Positions 1 to 12,386 of a DNA stretch of 64,000 bases are shown piece after piece. Under the pieces are notes generated by a model. The model was given only the letters and a program-made list of their open reading frames with translations, did no database searches and was not told the origin of the DNA. Position numbers and translations under genes: made by a program. This stretch comes from Oikopleura dioica. Its lineage: Eukaryota; Animalia; Chordata. Position 1 is the first letter of the stretch; each line of letters opens with the position of its first letter. Location of the stretch: contig OU015567.1 in NCBI GenBank assembly GCA_907165135.1, forward strand, positions 2,976,001-3,040,000, in the 5' to 3' direction.

Positions 1-588
1 TTTTCTGACTATAGAATCAGATTTTTCTCATTCTGAGGAACAAAAAACTCTAGAATGACCCTATAGCTTTCTTAACGTTTTCACCGTCAAAAACCACTGT
101 GAAGTTAAAAATCTATAGGAAATGCTAGAAGCTCAAATTTGGGCGAGAAATTTTTTATCTCCAATTTTGCTGATCAAGGGCTTGAATGAAAGCTCATGGC
201 CTGGTTTACATCGTGGTGAAGCTTAAAATCGCCCCAGAAAATAAAACTAATTCCAAAATCGGGTTAAATGGAAGCTTACCAAGCAAAAAATGCCAGATTC
301 GCGAAGACGAGCCCAAACTTTTCAAAATATTGTTAAAAAATCTTCGAAATCCTAAAATTTGCTCTGTCACGATTGAAGAAGAGGCTGTAAACTATATAAA
401 TTCAAAAAGAAAAAAATTGTTTGAATGAAAATTTTCGCCTGAATTTAGCGTTGAAGTTGGCCATTTTAGGCCGAGACGCCAACTTTGACGACATTTTTTT
501 CTGAAAATTTCTTTTGAAATTGAAAAAAGTGCTCTGTCACGATCCGAGATCTATCGAATAAGCTTTTAAAAAGATTCTTTCGTAAGGA

Positions 589-935
589 TTAAGGACCCCC
601 CCGTCAACAAATTTCGAAAAATCTATTTTCGGAATTTTAAAATTTTGACCCCGGAAATGGATTCTGCAGGTCAAAAAACGATTTTGAGGCTTCATTTTTT
701 GGGGGTCTATCTCGACTCTAACACCCTCAAAATCGCGTTTGAAAATCGGACTTTTTGACGAAAATTGACGAAAAAGTGCCAATTTTGCTATAATTTCAGA
801 TTTTTCTTGGTCAAAAAGTGCTCCGAACAAGTTTTTTGTGATTAATTGAACTTCCAGGAACACTAAGAAGCCAAAATATGGGTTTTTTGAAATTTTCGAT
901 TTTTTGGGGAAAGTTGTTGACGGGGGGGTCCTTAA
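589..935. mobile_element. Non-autonomous TIR element (MITE) with GG...CC termini and TTAA flanks (Kolobok-like signature)
   Basis: Perfect 18-bp TIR GGACCCCCCCGTCAACAA (593-610) / TTGTTGACGGGGGGGTCC (914-931), with TTAA on both sides (589-592, 932-935). The interior recurs in reverse at ~17575-17660. A TA TSD with a 1-nt longer TIR is equally compatible. Confidence 0.85.
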
Positions 936-1598
936 AGGGTAGTAATTTACCCTCAAGGATGGCGAACTCGACCCAGGTAGCCTTAATCTAGGCTCGGCTG
1001 TTGAATAAAATTAATAAAAATAGCAATTTATGTTCATTTCCGTTGTCACTTAATCGTCGAATGTTCCGATATAAGTTCAGAAGTGGAACAAGCAGAAAAA
1101 GCCAGCCAAACACACTTTTCTCCGCATGCCAACTTCTAAACCCAGTCTCGATAAAAAAAAACATCTCTTTGTCGATTAATCAGATCGTGAAATCGACAAG
1201 CAATCTGCCTCAGAAGCGGGAAGATCTTCTTCGGCCACACTACCTATCAAATTTCATTTTCCAAATTCAAAAACTCTCTCTTTTTGCCGACTTCTTCAAT
1301 TCCAGATAATAGTAAATCCTAGAATTCTCTTTTCATGATTAAAATCATCTTCTTTTTCCCAAATTACTTTTTGCTATCGACATTTTCGACCCAAAAAAGT
1401 AAGATTTCGTGTCGACCAGTAGGAAGGACTTTCTCCCTTCTGATTTCCGCTAAATCGTCCAATCTGGCGCTGCCTTTTTAGCGCGCTGTCTCTAGATGTG
1501 AGCGGCGACTTCTCCAGAACTCTTATTTTTGCCGGTGCGGAGCGGAAAGTGAAAAACAAGGGGAATTCGCGACTTTGGTTATCGGAGAGATTAGAGAG

Positions 1599-4500
1599 AT
1601 GGCTGGGCGGAAGTCACAGAGACTTCGCAACCAAAAGAGGTTAATAAGAAAGTGATAAGACTGATAATAACGGGATTTTGACATGAAAATTTTTTCTCAT
1701 TTTTTTGGCATAAGAAATTTTAAAAGTTAAATGCCTTTTAATCCAGCCAAAATGAACCGAATTACTAAACCGCTTTATCAAAATTCTTTTCAGTGCGGCG
1801 AATAAGGACGGAAAGAAAAAGGCCAAAGTCAAGTCTAAGAAGGAAACATCGAAGGTAATAGTAACATCTTAGTAGCAAAAAGAACTCAAATTTCATTCAG
1901 AAAGTCGAGCCCGTTCCTCCAGTCGTTGTGAAGAGCGAACCTCCATCCGAAGAGCCGCAGTCGTGGAAGAGCTTGGAGCCATCTGTCCGCGCATCCCTTC
2001 TCAGTGGCTCGCAGACCGCCGAATCTGATGAGGCCCAGCCGAGAGCTCCCAAAGCCGTGAAACTTCTCGACTCTGACGGCAGCGACACAGAATCGATGAG
2101 CGCTCCTGCCGAAATCCCTGTCCGAAACAACATGTATCAAGAAAACATGTACGAACGAGTCAAGTCCAAGCGAACGGTGAATCCGGCGAACTTGTCCGTC
2201 AAACCGAAACCGTCCAAAAAAGCTGAAAAGACGAAGAAAGAGGTGCCTTCTCGACGAAATCTTCGATCGAACGCGAAGGAAAACAAGGAGGAGGAAGCAA
2301 AAGCGGCCGAAACTGGCAAGAAACGATCGAAAAGCAAGAAGAAAAAGGGAAGTTCCGCGAAAAAGGCGACGACGAAAGACAAAGAAGAGGAAAAAGAAGA
2401 AGGCAACAAGGATGAAAAAGCACCAGAAGGTCAACCTGATGAAGAAGAAATGGAAAGACATGTAGAGCAAAGAGTTGAAGAGCCCGCTAGATACATCGAA
2501 GCCCCGCTGCGAATCGAACGAGAGCCAGAAGAAAATGACGCCGGGAACGACATCGTCGAGCCAGTTGAGACGTTCAAGCATCGTTCCATTTTGGAGTTCT
2601 TCAAGCCTGCACCGAAGCGGCCACCGATGAAAGAAGCTGTCAATTTTAAACGCACTAGAGTTGTGCCAGCGCCTGAAGATGTTCATAAGAGTATCAGTGT
2701 CGGCACTTCTCCTCCTTACTGGACATCATCGCTTCCAGAAATGATCGACGACTCAACCGGCCTTGGAAAGGAAGGAGAAATCGAGCAGAAATCAGATAAG
2801 GTAATTACTGTCCATTTCAACCCTTTGAACTAACTTCTTTTTACAGAACTCCGAATCAATCGAGGATTCGTCGGTTTCGAACCTGGAAGAGGAGACTCCT
2901 CAAGTGCCAGAAGCAGCTGAGAATTCCGTAGAAGAAATTTCAGAACCGACCGAACCCGCCGCTGAAACCAACGAGGGGAAATCAAACTCAGAGGCGCCTC
3001 TTCTCCCTTCTATCGAATCAAAGACGCCAGAGTCCGAAAATGAAGGTGAAATGGCGACTCAAGTTGAGCTCGATGCTCCAGCCCCAGTGGAACCTGATTT
3101 GATGGAGGAACTGGAGCCGATTTCGACTCCAGAAAATTTCGATTCTCCAGCTCAACAACCCGAGAATGCTCCGATCGACCAGATCCCCGAACAAGTTCCA
3201 GTTGAAGTTCACGATCTTCCTGAAATTTACCTTCCTGAGCAACAACAATTCATGGTTACTGAAAACCACGAATTTCAGGAAGACGAAGATCTTTCACGAC
3301 CAAAATCAATGATCGAAGAATCCGACCCGAGAGAGTTTGAAGCTACTGAAGAGCCAGCGATGGAAACTTCCGATTACGCTGTGTCCGACAATGACGATGA
3401 TGACGCCGAGCCGACAGCAGAAGAGAAAGCAGCAGCGATGAGAGCGTTGATGGAAGGCTTCGACAAAGATAAACTCAAAGCTTTTACGGCAAAGAAAGTA
3501 TCCTACAGTAACACAGGAAAAGCTAAACATGCATCGGATTGTATGGTCGGCGATAATTTCTTCGAAAAAGGACTTATTAAAATTCGAGAAAGTTTTGATT
3601 TCATCGAGATATATTCCGACGACGAAGACGAAGAGAACGACAGGTGGAACACGGGAATGGCGAAAAATAATATAAAAGGTAGCAAAACAAAAAAATAACA
3701 ATCATTCTCAAATTCGATTTTTAGAGCACTTGGTGTTCTTTGCCACTGGAGTAATCTCCCAAATCGAAAGTCTCCAGATTGCTTGTGACAACTGGAATAA
3801 GTTCACAGTTTATGGTTGCGAGCAAATGGGCTTCAAGATCTTTTCAGAGAGGTTCACTGAAAACACGCTGCGAGCTCAACAAAAAGGTCCTAACAGAAAG
3901 AGAAAGCGACCACTTGAAAAAGATAAAGGAACAGGAAAAGCATGTATCCAAACTGAGGTAAGGACGAAAAAGCGTTGACGAAGTAACTATTTCTTTAGCC
4001 TAAGTGCGTAGTATTGGTTTCGCGTATTTAGTTGATAAAAAATCTCTCTTTTACAAAAAAAGTCTTTGAATAATCTGTCATTTCAGTTGCTGCCGACCAA
4101 GGAAATTCGAATTGCCCAAATTCAGCACAAGGAAGGGGTTGAAAATGGTTTAGCTAATTCAAAAACGTCCCCCAGGGGCTTGGGTACCCAAGCGTTGGTG
4201 GTGTAATGGTCAGCATTGATGCCTTCCAAGCATTAGATCCGGGTTCGATTCCCGGCCATCGCATACTTTTTTCAACCCCATAAAAGGCATATACTGATCG
4301 AGAAGCAGCCAAGAGCAAATACCATCTGTTCGATGAGAAGACTGGCGAGGAGATTGCGAGCATGCAGTTTCCGAGGAAGATTTATCACATTGTCAAGGAC
4401 CCGACTTTCCACTGCATGTTCTGGTTGGGCATCTATTGCGACCAGAATCCAGTTGCGGAACAGTTGCCTGATGGATCCTTGGTCTGCACCAGCTTCATTG

Positions 4501-5458
4501 TAAGTTCCATCATTCTAGGGTACGATCGACTCTAGAAATAACCTCAATTTTCAGATCAACAAACGCTGGGCAAGAGAATCGCGCCAAGTGCTGGACAACT
4601 CCGACAATTCCGGGATTGGTATCCTCTTCAACACGCAAAACTACCAATCCCTGGTCCGCCAGTTGAATCTCTACGGCTTCCGAAAAGTCAAGCGAAGCTC
4701 ATCAGACCCGACTTATTCGGTAAGGCGAAAAAGGCAAGTCTGGTCTGGTCTAGTCCGAAAATTTTCTCAGCCAAAAATCAGAAGTCTGGTCCGTCCGGCC
4801 GGACTAGACCGGACGGACTTCGGACTAAGTCCGAGCCCGGACTAGTCTATTTAGAGCCCTGTTCCCCTCAAAAGCCCCCTCCTTTCAACAAAACTCTAGA
4901 ACTACCGCCACGCGCTGAGCTTGACGAAGCATCCGCAAACAGGCGAGCCTTCGAACGAGCACGATATTGACGAGTTTAGACACTCTTTCTTTAGAGAAAG
5001 ATCGGATAACAAAGTTCTGGTAAGTCTTCTCTCTCCCTCTTGATCCCCAAAATCTGACTTTTCAGAACATCAAACGTCAGAAGCCGTTCAAACCGACGGT
5101 GAATGTCTGGCGCCCGCCAAAGTTCGAAAAGTCCCGCAACGCCGCTGCAAGAGCTCAGATGCGGGAACGAGAACGCGAGCGATTGGAAATGACTCCCATA
5201 TATTCCCAGCGCGGTCAAGCTGGAGACGACGACCTGTCCGATAAGTTCACGGAGAACAACATGGTCAGCCACGCCGGGGGAGTCTTCCTCCTCCCGCCTG
5301 AGAAAGCTTCTGAAGTTGCGAAAATCACTGGGAAGAAGCGTCCACTTCAGCAAATCAATGTAAGGTGGCCTTTTTATGTTCAAATCTAGAATAATTTTCA
5401 GGAACAGGACGGAGACGACCCAGAAGCTGCTTTTGGTCCACAAGGTTCTGCTTCATAA
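1599..5458 (+). CDS. HSF-type DNA-binding domain protein with a very long acidic/Lys-rich N-terminus (about 11 exons, roughly 980 aa)
   Basis: Phase-compatible exons from MAGRKSQRLRNQK (ATG 1599) through ORFs 1928-2833, 2904-3698 and 3730-3978 into FPRKIYHIVKDPTFHCMFW...NYQSLVRQLNLYGFRKV...EFRHSFFRE...NIKR, the HSF DBD hallmarks. Last exon EQDGDDPEAAFGPQGSAS* ends at 5458. Confidence 0.85.
4192..4263 (+). tRNA. tRNA-Gly(TCC): tRNA-Gly (anticodon TCC), intronic in the HSF-domain gene
   Basis: GCGTTGGTGGTGTAATGGTCAGCATTGATGCCTTCCAAGCATTAGATCCGGGTTCGATTCCCGGCCATCGCA: A box, anticodon loop CTTCCAA, T-loop GGTTCGATTCC, and a T6 Pol III terminator at 4267-4272. Confidence 0.96.
4737..4847. repeat. 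Intronic cluster of short inverted motifs (TAGTCC/GGACTA, GTCCGTCCGG/CCGGACGGAC)
   Basis: Repeated GGACTAG/CTAGTCC and the palindrome GTCCGTCCGG..CCGGACGGAC lie inside the intron starting at 4720. Probably a MITE remnant. Confidence 0.6.
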
Positions 5459-5954
5459 GATTCCTACGACTGACCTTCTTTACCTGATCAGGGGAAGCCT
5501 TCGGCCATTTTGGTTCTTTTCATTTTAAACTTTTGCCTGTTATTTCCTTATATTTATTTCTGAATTTGCCACTTATCACTTTCACATTTTAATTCTCCTG
5601 TCAAATTTTAATTTTCCGTTTTAATTTTAATTTTCCCTTATTTTATAAATCCCCTGATCATTTACTGCCTGTACATAAATGTAATAAACTATCATTGCCA
5701 TAATATTTGCGAAATATTTCACCTTGCAGAAGATTTTGAATTGAAGCTTTTTCTGAGTAGAATTACTCAAATTTCAATAGAAAATAATCAGTGTGTGAAG
5801 GTCTGTGAGAATCAAGTGTGGCGCGATCCATTTATTTTCACTGAGCGAGGCGATAAAAGCCACAGATTGACCGAAGAAAGAATTTCCTTATTCATCTCTT
5901 ATCCAGGATAGGTTATCTTCAACGAAATTTTCTTAGAATAAAAAAAAAGGAGTG

Positions 5955-6053
5955 GTCGTCATTTGCCCAAGTCGTCATCTGCCCAAGTCGTCATCTGCCC
6001 AGGTCGTCATCTGCCCAACTCGGGCAAATGACGATCTTGGGTGAATGACGATC
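5955..6053. repeat. Four tandem 16-bp units GTCGTCAT(C/T)TGCCCA(A/G) followed by two inverted copies
   Basis: Read directly at 5955-6018. Inverted GGGCAAATGACGATC and TTGGGTGAATGACGATC follow; a further inverted copy lies at ~7660-7675. Confidence 0.9.
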
Positions 6054-6055
6054 AG

Positions 6056-7004
6056 TAGGGTAAATCACTAATATTTGAGCTCTTATTTGGGCTTTGTAGA
6101 AGAGGCATATAATACCTTTTTATAATCCTCAGAAGCTGAGAATCATTTTGACTATTGATAGTGGGGGGTCATCTCGTACCCTGAGGGCATTTTGGTACCC
6201 CGGAAGTCCCAAAATGTGGCCAACTTCGAAAATTCGATTTTTCGAGACCGTAACTAAGCTTTTTAGACGGAGCTATCTATACCAGCTTGTAGCTCAGGCT
6301 CTGACGGTCATTTTGAGGGGTAAAAAAGTATGTCCCGGGCTACTCTAAAATGTGGTGGAGGTGGTGCAAAGCTGGGGTCAAGACCGGAAGTCCAGCTAAA
6401 ATGAACTCTTATGTGATTTAAACACAGTAAATCTTTAAAAAAACAACTGTTAATACAAAATTGGTCACCAGAGGTCAACTTGGGGTCACTCGGGGTCATC
6501 TTGGGTGAAGTTGGGGGCGTTTTTTTAATGAAGACGTATTTTTCTAATCTTGACCTTAGATGACCCCGAGTGACCCCAAGTTGACCCCGGGTGAACAATT
6601 ATGTATTTACAGTTGCTTTTTTAAAGTTTTACTGTATTTAATTCACATAAGAGTTCATTTTAGCTGGACGTCCGGTCTTGACCCCAGCTTTGCACCACCT
6701 CCACCACTTTCTAGAGTAGCCCGGGACATATTTTTCTACCCCTCAAAATGACCGTCAGAGCCTGAGCTACAAGCTGGTATAGATAGCTCCGTCTAAAAAG
6801 CTTAGTTACGGTCTCGAAAAATCGAATTTTCGAAGTTGGCCACATTTTGGGACTTCCGGGGTACCAAAATGCCCTCAGGGTACGAGATGACCCCCCACTA
6901 TCAATAGTCAAAATGATTCTCAGCTTATGGGGATTATAAAAAGGTATTATATGCATACTCTACTTAGCAAGAAAAAAAGTGGAAAATATTAGTGATTTAC
7001 CCTA
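6056..7004. mobile_element. 949-bp fold-back non-autonomous element, hAT-type (8-bp TSD, TAGGG termini)
   Basis: Termini TAGGGTAAATCACTAATATT / AATATTAGTGATTTACCCTA, direct repeat ACGATCAG at 6048-6055 and 7005-7012, and ~445-bp inverted arms around a ~60-bp spacer. The arms give near-identical mirror ORFs at 6148 and 6711. Confidence 0.92.
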
Positions 7005-7998
7005 ACGATCAGTAATTGAATTTCAATTTGAAAAAAGCTTTTCTGTGTTTCACAGGAAGGGACTCATCACTGTCCATGTCCGGAAGTCCGGTCGAAATAT
7101 TTCAGAGTACTATACTCTTTCATACTTGGAGCTAGCTTCCGGAGGAGATTCATAACTTTTCTCTTCTTTTCAAAAGTTATTCCTCAAGTTCAAATGTGTA
7201 CCGAGACTCGGCTGCCGATTCACTCGGCTCGAGTACCCTCGGTTCCAGTGGGACTGTTCCACTTCGACATTTTAATTCAATCAATTCAAATTTAATTTCA
7301 TTCAAAGTTCAGACTAAACACAAAACCGACTTTAGCACCTTTTTCCGGCGCCAAGCGTTAGCAAGGCGTATACGCGCAGCTTATTCAAAATAGGCTATTG
7401 TTGGCGAAACTCATTACACCTTGTTTTTCGAAACGGTGCTATTAGCATTAAATGCAGAGTTTGAAATTTTCGTGACTCGCGAGCGGCTCACTTGAGAGCG
7501 AGATTCTAGCCCAGATTCTAGCAGATGAAATTGTTTTCTCAACAAAAACTTTCGAATTTGAACTGATAAAAGGCCAACTTCCTGCGAGTAGTCTTCTTGC
7601 AAGTAGTCAGTTAAACTTTTATCTTGCTGCATTTTTCTTAAATTTTGAATTCAATTGCATCGTCATTCACCCAGTCTCGTACTCTTGCTTCCGAAGTCCT
7701 GAACCAGGACTTCTGAGGCAAAATCAAAAGGTGAAAAAGATTGACGCGTCTGGGAGCAACATTTTCTTGGCAGCGGAAAAGGTCTCCAACTCCAGCAGAT
7801 GATAATTACGTCCGAGCAGAAAAGAAAAGAAGACCAAGATCGAGGGCTGTCTGGAGCAGAGCGAGTGCTCTCAATAAATTTACGACTAACTTAATTGAAC
7901 CGCGCCCGACCTAGTTACGGAAAAAATAGTTGACACATATCTCGCATATTTCAGATTTTTTTAATTCGTTTAACAAAAACAGAGATTGAAAGTCGAAG

Positions 7999-10749
7999 AT
8001 GAGCGATGCTCAAATATTGGCCTTGCAGGCTGAGATTGATGCTCTCAAAGACAAAGTTTCTGTTGATGAAAAGTCTTTGAATCAGGTAAAAATGCCGATT
8101 TGAAATCGGCGATTTCTAAAGCTTCCTTATTTTTTAATCTACCGCGCTTCTGGTAGATTTCTTAGGCGAAAAAAAGCGCGGCTAAAATTTCCACGATATT
8201 CCAAAAAATATAATGAGTCAGAACTGACAATCGCAATTAATTAAACACTAAGTTTTTATTCATAACTGAAAATTTAAAAGAATTGTTTCTCGCTTTTTCG
8301 TATTATTACGAAATCATTTTTTACTACATGAGCTGGGTATTAACAACGTCCTAACTAATTAATTTTATTGATTTAGCAACCTTTTAATGCTGAGAAAATA
8401 AGTTGTCCATCATAAATCTTTGCGCCCGCCGCCTTAAAAGTTGCTAAAACTGATGATCGAGACTTATTGTTTAGTTTTTCCTCGTGGTAATGGGCTCATT
8501 CGTCATGTTCATGCAATGTGGCTTTGCATTCCTCGAGGCTGGAGCGGTTCGATCAAAGAACGTCGTTAACATTTTAATCAAAAACGTACTCGATTGCTTT
8601 CTGGGAGCGATCATTTACTGGGCTGTCGGTTTTGCTTTTGCTTATGGTGACACAGACAAAGATTCCAGCGCTTTCATCGGATCAAAATACTTTTTCTCGT
8701 AAGTCTTGAGTTTCTTCTTCCCGCTTGAATCAATCCATCAAAGGATCTACCACGAAGATTACGAAAACTACCGAGCAAATTGGTTCTTTCAATTCGTTTT
8801 TGCCGCCACTGCTTCTACCATTGTGTCTGGTGCCGTTGCTGAGCGAACCCAGTTCGGATCGTACCTGATTTACTCGACTTTTATTACTGGTTTTGGTACA
8901 CGGGCTTGACTAAATCCACCTCAGATTTAAATAGTACTTGGCTGACTAGTCGCTTGACCTAGATTTGCGTCAAACAATTGTCAACTGTTTTATTGTTATT
9001 ATGAAATCCATGTTTTACGATTTTCTCAAGCCCTAGAATAGTCTATCCCGTCGTCTCTCACTGGGGCTGGTCTGGAACCGGCTGGCTGACTGCCAGTGAA
9101 ATCACCTCTTTCCGACCTTTAGTTCCTGATTGCGCAAATGGAGCACTCACTTATGGTGGCGATGCGATTGGATTCAAAGGTAGTCTCTTCCTTGTTTCCA
9201 ACAGTTTCAAGCTGTTTTCTAGATTTCGCTGGATCTGGCCTTGTCCACTGTTGCGGTGGAATCGCCGCTTTGATCGGCGCCATCTTCATCGGACCTCGAA
9301 CCGGTCGATTTGAAAAAGTCGGCGACGTGAAGCGCGCCAACAACATTCCTGGCCATTCCGTGCCTGTTGCCTCCCTCGGAGCCTTTATTCTCTTCCTCGG
9401 CTTTTTGGCTTTCAATGGAGGCTCAGTGTTGGCTATTGTCGACGGTGAGACTGATATTGGAGAGGCGCTGGCAAAGTCAGTCATGAATACGATCATCGGA
9501 GGCGCTGCTGGATCAATTTTTGCGATCTCGCTGAATCTTATTGTTTCAATGATCAACGGTAATTCGACTTATTATCAAACGGTCGTTTAAACTTTTCTAG
9601 GTGAGCCTCAGTACTGGTCCCTCCTCGTCTGCATCAACGGTGGTCTCGCTGGTATGGTCTCCATGTGTGCTGCTTGCGATGCTCTTAACACTGGTGCTGC
9701 TTTTGGTATCGGCGCTATTGCTGGAATGACTCTTTACTGGGTTTCTGCTGTTTTGAAAAAGCTTCACATTGACGATCCTCTTGATGCTTTTGCTGTGCAC
9801 TACGGGTATGTAACATACCGTCGCTGGTTTATTTCTGGAGAATTTTATTTTGAAACGTGATAAGCGAAACTCTGTTTTATGTTCTCTAGAACATGTCTTC
9901 TTTATAATCGGTTCGTAAAATCATTTTAGTGGTGGTGTTTGTGGCATTCTTTTATCGCCTATCTTCGCTGAGTATGGTATTGCCTCAGTTCCTGCCTGTA
10001 CTCAACAAGAAGACAACTTTTTGCCTTTCTGGAATTCCCAGTGCCCCGATAACCAAATCACTCTGAAACGGTTTTTATATGACAAGGTCCCTTAATTTTG
10101 AGGGAATAAAATTTTATTCAAAAGAACATGATTTTATTTCAAAATAAAAACTCATCAAAAGAACCAGGTCGAAAACATCTTCGAGTGCGACTATCTCGCC
10201 TACAAACAATGGACGTGGAATTTCATCGGTCTTCTAGCAATCACTGCGTGGACTGGTGCCATTTGCATCGTCATGTTTGGCCTTTTGTGGTACTTCGACA
10301 AGCTCAGGTTTATTTTCCTCATGATTGAAAAAGCCAAAGTGTTTCAGAGTCGAATTGGATGTTGAAATCCGAGGTTTGGATATCAAGAAACACGGTGAGC
10401 CAGGCTACCCGACGGCCGCGTACGGCCACGGCTGGGACGAAGAAGGAAATGCCGAGGCCGCAAATCCTTTCTCTGGAAATGCTGGTGGTGACACTGGCCG
10501 ACGGTAAGGGACTCACCGATTCGCCGAGTCATCATTTTCTTCAGGGATGTTAAATCACTCATGGGAGGAGGCTTTTACGAAACCTCATCTGACGGTGGTC
10601 TCCTCGCCCTCGCCAAGAGTTACAGAAACTCTCATTACAAGGCCTCGCCAGCTTCACGACGATCGTCGCAAATAAGCCCGGGTGAACAGCGAAAATCGCT
10701 GGGAGATATCAACCCCGCGTTAGATACCGTCCAAGAAGACAAGCTCTAA
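7999..10749 (+). CDS. amt: Ammonium transporter (Amt family), multi-exon
   Basis: Exons encode [78 protein letters not shown] and [11 protein letters not shown]. First exon [10 protein letters not shown]...; stop at 10749. Confidence 0.95.
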
Positions 10750-11055
10750 AATCCATTACTCTTGAGGCAAATTAAAACTCGATTTATTAAGTTCACACTA
10801 GCGCATCAACAATTTTTAACTACCAATTCCTTCGGATTAATAAAATAAAAAACGAATTCTTCAATAACCAAAAATTGATGAACCTGCAAAAATAACAGGT
10901 GCAGGTGCAAGTCTTTCCCTTACCAAGGCAGTCTGAGCTCCATCATTATCTTGATTGCTCACAGAAGTTGACTTGCAGGTGATTCTAGCGCTTCGGAGCA
11001 CTTCCGGAGTATATAACTGCCCAGAATCTTCCTCGTACCACAAAACTTGAAAAAC

Positions 11056-11427
11056 ATGAACTCCCTCTATCTCACAGTCATCATCTTCCTCTCCATCATG
11101 ATCGCTCTTTTCCTGGTCGTCTGCGCCATCGTCCTTCTCAAAATCAACACCCAACAAGCAAAATTGAAGAGCAAGCCAATCAATCCGCTGGAACAAAGCG
11201 TCATGTTCTTCGAAAACATTTTCGACCCATTTTCTCCGCTCAAGAAAGCACCACTCTGCAACAGAACTGAAGAGCCTTTTGTTTGGTATGCTCCTGATGC
11301 GCCAGAAGTCATGAGACATCCAGCAGAAGATGGGCTAGCTTCGCAAACGATCATTGGAACGATGAATTTTAAGCCAAAGCGCTTTTCGACAATGGTGAAT
11401 TTGAGTGATTTTGAAGCTGTTGTCTGA
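11056..11427 (+). CDS. Small single-pass membrane protein (~123 aa), unknown function
   Basis: Intronless ORF with an N-terminal hydrophobic helix (LTVIIFLSIMIALFLVVCAIVLL), strong C-ending codon bias and AATAAA at ~11466. Confidence 0.65.
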   Translation: MNSLYLTVIIFLSIMIALFLVVCAIVLLKINTQQAKLKSKPINPLEQSVMFFENIFDPFSPLKKAPLCNRTEEPFVWYAPDAPEVMRHPAEDGLASQTIIGTMNFKPKRFSTMVNLSDFEAVV

Positions 11428-11642
11428 CAATTTCGTCATCTTGCCTGTTATTTTTTTTGTAAAATGAATAAATATGAAAAAAATTCTTATCAACTGAATA
11501 TGGAAAATTTCAAATGACTTCTTGAAATTAAACTTTCATAACCTGATGTCACAGAATCATCATTTTCGTGAGAGAATTTGCACATGTTCATTCTTATAAA
11601 GTTCATCTTCTAGCTTAGCATCTAAGCAAAAATCGGTTCAAA

Positions 11643-12345
11643 ATGAAATTTATATTTTCCTTCTTATCACTTTGTTTTTCTCAAGTGATAACGCCCGGCG
11701 GGAGATGTCCAATCCCACCAAATATGCAAGATTTTTCTGCAGTCGACTATTCTGGCGAATGGTATCAGGTGAACCCAAACCCCTTTCTTATCAAACCAAT
11801 TATCGATATCAAAGGTCGCTGGCTATCCAGTCTACTACATTCCAGAGGGAACTGATTGCGTAAAGGCAATGTATGGTATTGAAGAAGGATACATCAGCGT
11901 CAACAATTCTTCGGTGAGAAAAGACGAGGATGGGCAGCGATACCTCTCTTGGGGTCTTGCTAAAGCATATCAATCCTACGGAGACCGCTGGCCAAATCTT
12001 CTCTATGTTGATTTCAGAAACGAATACGACCCATCCAATCCTACCGATCCTCAATACTGTAAGGCGTTTTCTAGAAAAAGCTCTTTAATTTGATTTTCAG
12101 GGATCTTCGAGGTCGACTACAATGAATACACTTTGGGAATGGAGTGCAAGCAATACGATGATTTCTCGTACATGATAATGTGGATTCTCGCCCGAGATCC
12201 GGAATTCGTAAATTCTGTCAAATTTCAAGAAGTAGTCAATCGAGCAGCAGAGCTGTACGAAGTCGATCCGGAAAAACTTGTCTTTACTGATGACACTGTT
12301 AACGGCTGTAAATATGATTACATAAAGGGAGACCATGGACTGTAA
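11643..12345 (+). CDS. Secreted lipocalin, apolipoprotein D-like
   Basis: Signal peptide, GRCP..P.MQDF....YSGEWYQ (SCR1), DCVKAMY, VDYNEY (SCR2), MWILARDP (SCR3) and a terminal GC. Three short introns. Confidence 0.9.
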
Positions 12346-12386
12346 ATAAAAAAGGACAGAAACGAGCGTTTGGCAATTTATTGGTT

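Noticed and set aside
537-956. Similar ORFs at 537-956 and 17566-17820, and mirror ORFs at 6148/6711 and 6308/6560
   Set aside because: The similarity comes from non-coding repeats and fold-back arms, not gene families.
5955-6018. 16-bp tandem repeats as a CRISPR array
   Set aside because: Units are contiguous with no spacers, there are no cas genes, and the context is eukaryotic.
10861-11319. 152-aa minus-strand ORF with an acidic tract overlapping the small TM gene
   Set aside because: The D/E run is the antisense shadow of ATC/TTC/CTC codons, and codon bias favours the + frame. The last ~60 aa cannot be fully excluded.
10749-11643. amt, small TM gene and lipocalin as an SL-trans-spliced operon
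   Set aside because: Gaps of 200-300 bp with their own AATAAA signals; this cannot be decided from sequence.
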